From Acutalibacteraceae bacterium (lineage in GTDB: Bacteria; Bacillota; Clostridia; Oscillospirales; Acutalibacteraceae): 64,000 bases of DNA. Of the stretch, positions 57,513 to 64,000 are shown in pieces (the first letter of the stretch is position 1; the number at the start of each line of letters is the position of its first letter). The position numbers were made by a program, and so were the translations under genes. Location: assembly GCA_045645145.1 (NCBI GenBank), contig JAZRIG010000040.1:4320-68319 (forward strand). The letters run 5' to 3'. The notes under the pieces are model-generated. The model saw only the letters and a list, made by a program, of their open reading frames with translations. It did no database searches and was not told the DNA's origin.

Positions 57513-59069
57513 TCAGTTTTCAAAGCCTATCCATTCTCTGCACTTATCGAGAGCGGAGAAAATTCTGTCCGTAACAGGCGCAACGTATTTCTCAAACTTG
57601 TTATAGAACGAGTCGCCCTCTTCAAACTCGGGAGCAACCGCACCCTCAGCAAAATTACCCATCGGAATAACTCTTAAATTGGGCTTATCGTTTTGGATAA
57701 ACTGTGTGTAAGCAGGATTTGACCAAACATCATAGTATTCATCCGCATACATAAACCAATAATACATTTCCATTATGCCGTCGTGTGCATTGGAGTGGAG
57801 CATGTCTTTGATGAACCATGTATGTTCAGGCAAAATGCAGGTTGAAGCATCAATTACACCGTCCGGTGAAAGGTGGTTATGACCGCAGTCCGTGCATGCC
57901 TGCTTATAATCATCACCGAGCGTTCCGTTAAGCGGAGCAACTGTTGCACCTGCGGAAGCATATTTTGTGTCAACGGTTGCGTCACTGTTGTTGTTGAGCG
58001 ATTCAACAAGAGGAGTTCTCTGAATATTATAGCCTGCAACAATCATAATGCGAACGCCGTCGTCAATTGCGCCGTTGAGAATTTCGTCCGCTCTTTGCTG
58101 GATTTGATAGTGGTAATAATCCGCTTTTGCGATAAGACCGGCCTGAGTTTTGGGATCAAGATTGATTTTCTTTGCTTCTTCATAGGAGCGTTCGGGAACA
58201 AAAGCCCAAAGACCCAGAAGAGTTCCGAAAACAGGAGTCAAAAGCTCATCAAAAACTCTCGTTTGAAGATTATCAAGTATTTTCTCAGCAGCGCCGTAAA
58301 CAAGGTCAACGAGTCCGCTGTAGAAAAGGCCGTTGAACAGGAAATAAAGCATGGTATCACCAAAGGTGAACGGAGGGTAGCCGTCGGTTGCATATTCAAG
58401 CAGCGCTCTTGAATCGAGTGCAAGCTTTCTGCTGAGAAGATCGCCCGCAACATCGGTGCCGAGAAGCGGGCAGCTTTGGAAAATGCATGCATCAACGTCG
58501 TCGCAGCCGTATTCGTTAAAGTAGGCTAAAGTAACAACTCCGCCCATGGAAGAAGCTCTGAAATTAACCTTGTCATGACCTGTCAGCTTTTTAACATGCT
58601 CAACAAAATCATCAAGCTGGCCTGCAACCTCAACAGGGTCAAGGCGCCAGTCATAGTGGAAATAATACTGCTCACCTTTACCGTGATTCGTTTCAGTAGG
58701 CAGCTCAATTACAACATCAACATTCTCCGCCGAATTGCCGTTGCCGTCAAGAGCCATTGCACCGAACGCATCATAAACAGCATCAATCAGAGTGTCACCG
58801 AAGCTGTCATAGTTCTTTGTTACGAGAAGTGAAACAATGGAAGGCAAAAGCTTCACAACAAGCTGAATAATCGTTTCAGTTGAAGGACGGAAAAGCGTTC
58901 TTTCATTTTCTGCACCGGGATTTTCATAGATGTCTGTGTTGCCGAGGGGGCCAACATAAATGGTGGGCAAAACACCGCAGTTGCATTCGCCGCTTGCTGC
59001 TGATGCTGCAGGAGCAAGAACGGAAAAAATCATGACTGCGGAAAGAATAACTGCAATTATCTTTTTCAC
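57513..59069 (-). CDS. Secreted alpha/beta hydrolase (LCAT/phospholipase-like)
   Basis: Sec signal ASA-A; YDWRLDP, ASSMGG nucleophile elbow, SDATV, late His; GTG start. Confidence 0.7.
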   Translation of the reverse strand: MKKIIAVILSAVMIFSVLAPAASAASGECNCGVLPTIYVGPLGNTDIYENPGAENERTLFRPSTETIIQLVVKLLPSIVSLLVTKNYDSFGDTLIDAVYDAFGAMALDGNGNSAENVDVVIELPTETNHGKGEQYYFHYDWRLDPVEVAGQLDDFVEHVKKLTGHDKVNFRASSMGGVVTLAYFNEYGCDDVDACIFQSCPLLGTDVAGDLLSRKLALDSRALLEYATDGYPPFTFGDTMLYFLFNGLFYSGLVDLVYGAAEKILDNLQTRVFDELLTPVFGTLLGLWAFVPERSYEEAKKINLDPKTQAGLIAKADYYHYQIQQRADEILNGAIDDGVRIMIVAGYNIQRTPLVESLNNNSDATVDTKYASAGATVAPLNGTLGDDYKQACTDCGHNHLSPDGVIDASTCILPEHTWFIKDMLHSNAHDGIMEMYYWFMYADEYYDVWSNPAYTQFIQNDKPNLRVIPMGNFAEGAVAPEFEEGDSFYNKFEKYVAPVTDRIFSALDKCREWIGFEN

Positions 59070-59227
59070 AAAAATCAACCTTTCCAAACGGTTTTTCTTT
59101 TAGTTTATCACATTATTTCCTGTCGCACAACACCGAATTTGCAGTTTTATATATTATTTTTTAATATAATATTGCAAAAGCGTTCATATTTGTGTTACAA
59201 TACCCGCAGTTAGAGAGGGTGATAATT

Positions 59228-60670
59228 TTGCCTAACACAGAAAAAACACAGTCAGGTCTTTCAATCAACAAAAAAACAATAATTCTTATCTGCGTCCTGC
59301 TTGCGGCAATCATGGCTTTTGCGGGAATTCTTACTCAGGTTTTGCCTCGCGGAATATACGAAACCAACGCAGACGGAACAATTATCAACGGAACATACAC
59401 TCAAATCGAAGATAAGCTCCCCATCTGGAAAATCGTTCTTGCTCCCATTCTTGTTTTCGGAACGAGCACCGCTTTGACGGGTGCGGGAATAATTGTTATG
59501 ATTACGCTTATAGGCGGCACATTCCTTATTCTTGATAAATGCAGCGTTCTCAAATACATAATGGCTCTGATCATCCAAAAATTCGGGAGCAAAAAGTATG
59601 TATTACTTAATGTGATGGTTTTTGCCTGCATGTTTTTAAGCTCAACTGCAGGCATTCTCGAAGAATCCGTAACGCTTGTCCCGATTGCCGTTGCAATTTC
59701 TTTGGCGCTCGGCTGGGATTCGTTCGTAGGCCTCGGCATGAGCCTTATTGCCGTTGCATTCGGCTTCACGGCAGCAACCTTTAATCCTTTCAATGTTGCA
59801 ACCGTTCAGAAAATGGCAGATATCCCTGTTTTTTCAGGTCTCGGATACAGAATTGTTGTTTTCGCCTGTGTTTATGCCGTTTTGGCAGGATTTTTAACGG
59901 TTTATGCAAAAAGAATTGAGAAAAATCCAAAAAAATCGCTTTGCTACGAAACGGACATTGCACTTCGCGAAAAATTCAGCCTTGACGACAGCGTTGCCGT
60001 GCTTGCAAACAACGAAATCAAAAAAGCTGCCAAAGCGTTTCTTCTCTGCCTTTCGGGAGTCCTTGTCGGCATAGTGCTCGATTTTGTTTTAGGTGCCGAA
60101 GGAATGGTTTCGCTCCCCTGCATGGCCGTGCTGTTTACCGTCGGAGGCATTCTGGCAGGCCATTTTTCCGGACTTCGCGGCAAAAAGCTTTTAAAAAGCT
60201 TTGGTGAAGGCATAAAAACAATTGCTCCCATAATCCCTGTTATTGTAATAATTCTTTCGATAACCTATATTCTTGACCAAGGCAACATAATCCCGACCAT
60301 TCTCAATTTTGTTTATAATCTTATTCAAGGCGTTTCACCCTATGCGGCAATTCTGATGCTTTTTGCATTCATTGTTATCCTTGAATTTTTTGTCGGCAGC
60401 GGCACGGCAAAAGCATTCCTTATCATGCCTATTGTTCTTCCTCTCGCTGACATGGTTGATGTTACCCGTCAAAGCGTCACGCTTGCATTCTGCCTTGGCG
60501 ACGGATTCACAAATCTGCTTTACCCCACAAGCGGCATCATGATTGTTGCAATCGGTCTTGTTAATGTTTCTTACGGCAAATGGCTCAAATTTTCATGGAA
60601 GCTGTTTGCGCTTGAAGGAATTCTTTCCGTTGCGCTGATGCTGATTGCCATTGCAATAAACTATTCGTAA
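59228..60670 (+). CDS. YfcC/DcuC-like (AbgT superfamily) transporter
   Basis: EE...LVP, GF.AATFNPF, FSGLGYR, SGTAKA, GDGFTN.LYPT; TTG start after GAGGGTGA. Confidence 0.85.
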   Translation: MPNTEKTQSGLSINKKTIILICVLLAAIMAFAGILTQVLPRGIYETNADGTIINGTYTQIEDKLPIWKIVLAPILVFGTSTALTGAGIIVMITLIGGTFLILDKCSVLKYIMALIIQKFGSKKYVLLNVMVFACMFLSSTAGILEESVTLVPIAVAISLALGWDSFVGLGMSLIAVAFGFTAATFNPFNVATVQKMADIPVFSGLGYRIVVFACVYAVLAGFLTVYAKRIEKNPKKSLCYETDIALREKFSLDDSVAVLANNEIKKAAKAFLLCLSGVLVGIVLDFVLGAEGMVSLPCMAVLFTVGGILAGHFSGLRGKKLLKSFGEGIKTIAPIIPVIVIILSITYILDQGNIIPTILNFVYNLIQGVSPYAAILMLFAFIVILEFFVGSGTAKAFLIMPIVLPLADMVDVTRQSVTLAFCLGDGFTNLLYPTSGIMIVAIGLVNVSYGKWLKFSWKLFALEGILSVALMLIAIAINYS

Positions 60671-60680
60671 GGTGATAAAA

Positions 60681-61817
60681 ATGAAACTTAAATTCAATGC
60701 TGACGGCAAATTCAAAATCCTTCTTTTCGGCGATATCCATGAACACATCGACTATAAAACCAGCCTCAATTTCAAAGACATGCAAAAGCTCATGAACGCC
60801 GCTCTTGATGAATACAAACCCGATTTGTGCGTGCTTCTGGGTGATAACTGCAACACAGATATATATCAGGAAAATCCCGAAAGATTCAAAGAAATGGTTT
60901 CGGACCTCGTTAAACCGATAACAAGCAGAGGGATACCCGTTGCTTCCGTTTTAGGCAATCATGAGCATGACCACGGCAGCGAAGACGCAATAGTGGAAAT
61001 TTACAACAGTATTGACGGCGTTATCATGCGCAATGACGCACCGCCAGAAATTACGGGAAATGCAAATTTCAAAGAGCTTGTTTATTCATCAAACGGTGAA
61101 AAGCCTGTTTTCTGCCTTTGGTTCATCGATTCGAACAATTGCCATGAAAACAGAGAAATATCACACTATGACTATGTTCATCCCGACCAGATAGAATGGT
61201 TCGAAAGTGAAAGCGCAAAGCTTAAGGAAATTAACGGCGGAAAGCCGATGCCCTCATTTGTATTTCAGCACACCCCCGTTCCCGAGGAATATGAGCTTCT
61301 CAGAAAAGCAAGGTTTTGGGAACTGCCCGTTGCCGTAAGAGGATATAACACAAAAAGCAAAACGTTCTATGTCGGCAAAAAGGGCGTTGAGGGATATGTT
61401 GGCGAAGGCCCTTGCTCACCCGATGTTAACAGCGGCCAGTTTTCAAGCTGGAAAAAGGTTGGAGGAGTGCTCGGCGCATTCTTCGGGCACGACCATCTTA
61501 ATGACTTTTCGGGATATGTCGACAACATTTTCCTTGCGCAGCATAAAACAGCAGGCTTCAGAGCATATACGGACGGCTGCCGCTCCTGCGTCAGACTTGT
61601 CACTATTGATGAAAACGACCCAGCAAACTTCAAGCATGAACTGAAGCGTTTTAAAGAATTCGGCCTTAAATGCGAATGCCTCGGCCCGATTTTTAAACGT
61701 GTTTCGGACAGACAAAGTTTCTGGCTCCATGTCCTTGCATACGTTGCAGCAGCTGTTGGCGGAGCTGCTGTTATTGGATTTATCATTTTCAAAATAATAG
61801 AACATTTCGGAGGTTAA
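60681..61817 (+). CDS. Calcineurin-like metallophosphoesterase (Dcr2/PAP-like) with C-terminal TM helix
   Basis: LKFN.DGKFKI, DIH, GD, GNHE, QH.P.PEE, GHDHLND. Confidence 0.85.
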   Translation: MKLKFNADGKFKILLFGDIHEHIDYKTSLNFKDMQKLMNAALDEYKPDLCVLLGDNCNTDIYQENPERFKEMVSDLVKPITSRGIPVASVLGNHEHDHGSEDAIVEIYNSIDGVIMRNDAPPEITGNANFKELVYSSNGEKPVFCLWFIDSNNCHENREISHYDYVHPDQIEWFESESAKLKEINGGKPMPSFVFQHTPVPEEYELLRKARFWELPVAVRGYNTKSKTFYVGKKGVEGYVGEGPCSPDVNSGQFSSWKKVGGVLGAFFGHDHLNDFSGYVDNIFLAQHKTAGFRAYTDGCRSCVRLVTIDENDPANFKHELKRFKEFGLKCECLGPIFKRVSDRQSFWLHVLAYVAAAVGGAAVIGFIIFKIIEHFGG

Positions 61818-61821
61818 AGCT

Positions 61822-63150
61822 ATGGAAAAAAGCAAAAAACTCAGCCCTTCTCTCATTTTAAACATTCTACTGTTCGGATTTATGGGTCAGGTTGCATGGG
61901 CAGTCGAAAACAACTTTTTCAATCTTTTTCTTTTCAATGAAATCGGCGGCGATTCAACCGATATTTCAAACATGGTTGCTGCAAGCTCTGTTGTTGCAGT
62001 TCTCACAACACTTTTCATGGGCAGCCTGAGCGATAAAATCAACAAACGCAAAATCTTCATCTGCGGCGGCTATATAGTATGGGGCGTAACCGTTATGGCT
62101 TTCTCCCTCATCTCTCCCGAAAATGTCGCCAAAATCATGGGCACAACTCCCGTTGCAGCAGTTTCAGCAACCATTATTCTTGTTATCATTATGGACTGCA
62201 TTATGACCTTTATGGGTTCAACCAGCAACGATGCTGCTTTTAACGCGTGGATTACGGACATAACCTCATCCTCAAACAGAGCCAAAACCGAATCGATTCT
62301 TGCGCTTCTTCCCGTTATTGCAATGGTAGCGGTTACAGCCGCATTCGGAGCGCTCTCAGGAAAATTCGGTTATCCCGCATGCTTCCTCGGACTCGGCATT
62401 ATTGTTTCTGTTTGCGGTATTGCAGGCATATTCTCAATCAAAGAATCAAGATCAGGTGTGAAAACAACCGCAAGCTTCGGAGAATGCCTTTCATACGGCT
62501 TCAGGCCTTCTGTTATCAAAAACAATAAGAGCCTTTATATTTCACTCATTTGCATGGGCATTTTTTCCATCGCAAGCCAGATTTTCTTCCCTTATCTTTT
62601 CATTTATGTTGCGCATTATATTGATATGGAAACGCTGAAGTTGACGCTGCCGACAATAATTCTTGCAATTGTTGTTATCGGCGGAGCAATCGCAGCCCTT
62701 GTTTCAATTGTTATTCTCAGCGACAAAAAAGGCAAAGCGCCTTTCCTTTATATCTGTTCAGCATTTTTCATCATTGGCCTTGTTCTTGTCTATTTCGCAG
62801 ATAAAAATATCATTTGGTTTGCTCTTTCGGCGGTTATTGCCCTTGTCGGATACGGCCTGCTGATGATTATGCTCAACGCTGCAATCCGCGACTTTACCCC
62901 TGAGGACAAAGCAGGCCAGCTTCAGGGCATCAGAATGATATTCTCTGTTCTTCTGCCCATGCTCATCGGCCCGAGAATTGCGGCCGAAATCACCGATATC
63001 TTTGCTACTGCGCAGTATGCAAATGACTATGGCGAAATGGTTAACATTCCCGCTCCTCATATTTATCTTGGCGCTGCCGTTGTAGGCGCATTAATATTCA
63101 TTCCTCTTTTCTTCCTGGTTAAAGAATTCAAAAAAGCTGAACGCAAATAA
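61822..63150 (+). CDS. MFS transporter
   Basis: GQVAWAVEN, GSLSDK..KRK, GST.NDAAFNAW.TD; about 12 TM segments. Confidence 0.9.
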   Translation: MEKSKKLSPSLILNILLFGFMGQVAWAVENNFFNLFLFNEIGGDSTDISNMVAASSVVAVLTTLFMGSLSDKINKRKIFICGGYIVWGVTVMAFSLISPENVAKIMGTTPVAAVSATIILVIIMDCIMTFMGSTSNDAAFNAWITDITSSSNRAKTESILALLPVIAMVAVTAAFGALSGKFGYPACFLGLGIIVSVCGIAGIFSIKESRSGVKTTASFGECLSYGFRPSVIKNNKSLYISLICMGIFSIASQIFFPYLFIYVAHYIDMETLKLTLPTIILAIVVIGGAIAALVSIVILSDKKGKAPFLYICSAFFIIGLVLVYFADKNIIWFALSAVIALVGYGLLMIMLNAAIRDFTPEDKAGQLQGIRMIFSVLLPMLIGPRIAAEITDIFATAQYANDYGEMVNIPAPHIYLGAAVVGALIFIPLFFLVKEFKKAERK

Positions 63151-63176
63151 TTATATGTAAAAAGGACTTTGTTACC

Positions 63177-64000
63177 ATGCATATTATAATTGTAGGTCTC
63201 GGTAAGCTCGGCATCACCATGACAAAACAGCTTGTTTCCGAAGGACACAGCATAACCGTTGTTGACACAAACAACGATAAGGTTTCCTCTGTGGTTGACA
63301 CCTATGACGTCATGGGTGTTTGGGGAAACGGTGCAACATGCGAAACCCTTGAAACTGCAGGCGCTTCCAAGGCAAAGCTTATCATTGCCGCTACAGCATC
63401 GGATGAGATGAACATTCTTTGCTGCCTTATCGCTAAAAAGATGGGCACCGAAAGCACTATTGCCAGAGTCCGCAATCCGGACTACGCAGCTCAAATGCAA
63501 TTTCTTCGCAATGAACTCGGCATCAGCATGATTGTTAACCCCGAATTTGAAACCGCAAACGAAATTTCAAGGATTATACGTTTCCCATCGGCAGCAAATC
63601 TTGATTCATTTGCAAGAGGAAAAATTGAAATAGCCAGTATTCGCATCCATTCAGATAACATTCTTTGCGACTCCCCTCTTTATGAACTTCGCAAAAAAAG
63701 CAAGGCAAAGGTTCTTGTTTGCGCCGTTCAGAGAGACGAAGAAGTGTTTATCCCCTCCGGTGATTTTGTTATTCGCTGCGATGATATTGTCAGCATCACC
63801 GGAACAAGGGCAGAGCTTTCACTTTTCATGAAGCAAACGGGTGTTTACAAGCAAAAAATCAAAAATGTCATGATTATCGGCGGCGGCAGAATCGGATATT
63901 ACCTTGCCAAACTGCTTTCGGATACCGGTCGTAACATTAAGCTCATTGAACAAAACAACGACCGTTGCTATCATCTGACCGATGTTTTGCCGGATGTCAC
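63177..64000 (+). CDS. trkA: Trk potassium transporter NAD-binding subunit (partial, runs off window; absent from ORF track)
   Basis: ATG 63177 gives MHIIIVGLGKLG..., GNGA, DEMN, ARVRNPDY, second IIGGGRIG motif. Confidence 0.9.
   Translation, partial: MHIIIVGLGKLGITMTKQLVSEGHSITVVDTNNDKVSSVVDTYDVMGVWGNGATCETLETAGASKAKLIIAATASDEMNILCCLIAKKMGTESTIARVRNPDYAAQMQFLRNELGISMIVNPEFETANEISRIIRFPSAANLDSFARGKIEIASIRIHSDNILCDSPLYELRKKSKAKVLVCAVQRDEEVFIPSGDFVIRCDDIVSITGTRAELSLFMKQTGVYKQKIKNVMIIGGGRIGYYLAKLLSDTGRNIKLIEQNNDRCYHLTDVLPDV

Noticed and set aside
1-64000. CRISPR arrays, rRNA, tRNA or a cobalamin riboswitch near the B12-dependent genes
   Set aside because: No regularly spaced repeats or recognisable structural RNA motifs seen; intergenic spaces in the locus are short (under about 140 bp) and AT-rich.

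Overview
Chromosomal window from a Firmicute, most likely a spore-forming, Oscillospiraceae-like clostridium (inferred from sigG, sigma-A promoters, GGAGG RBSs and the gene repertoire). About 57 CDSs are supported; I saw no rRNA, tRNA, CRISPR array, integrase or transposase. Most of the window is housekeeping or carbohydrate/phosphate scavenging: malQ, PGM/PMM, potABCD, galK, two M42 peptidases, an amino-acid ABC system, RluA, GH84, GH30, a GH39-like protein, sdpRI and trkA. The standout is an ~18.5-kb locus (28.0-46.6 kb). It holds SIX paralogous ~640-aa cobalamin-binding radical SAM enzymes interleaved with a GDP-heptose pathway (HddA kinase, HddC-GmhB fusion, cupin isomerase/epimerase, Cj1427-like GDP-heptose 4-dehydrogenase). 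It also encodes a DPM1/ArnC-like GT2 and two polytopic membrane proteins, one of them GT-C-like. The inferred role is building and exporting a heavily radical-modified heptose onto a surface acceptor; I do not recognise this as a described pathway. All family calls come from motif recognition by eye, with no database searches run.
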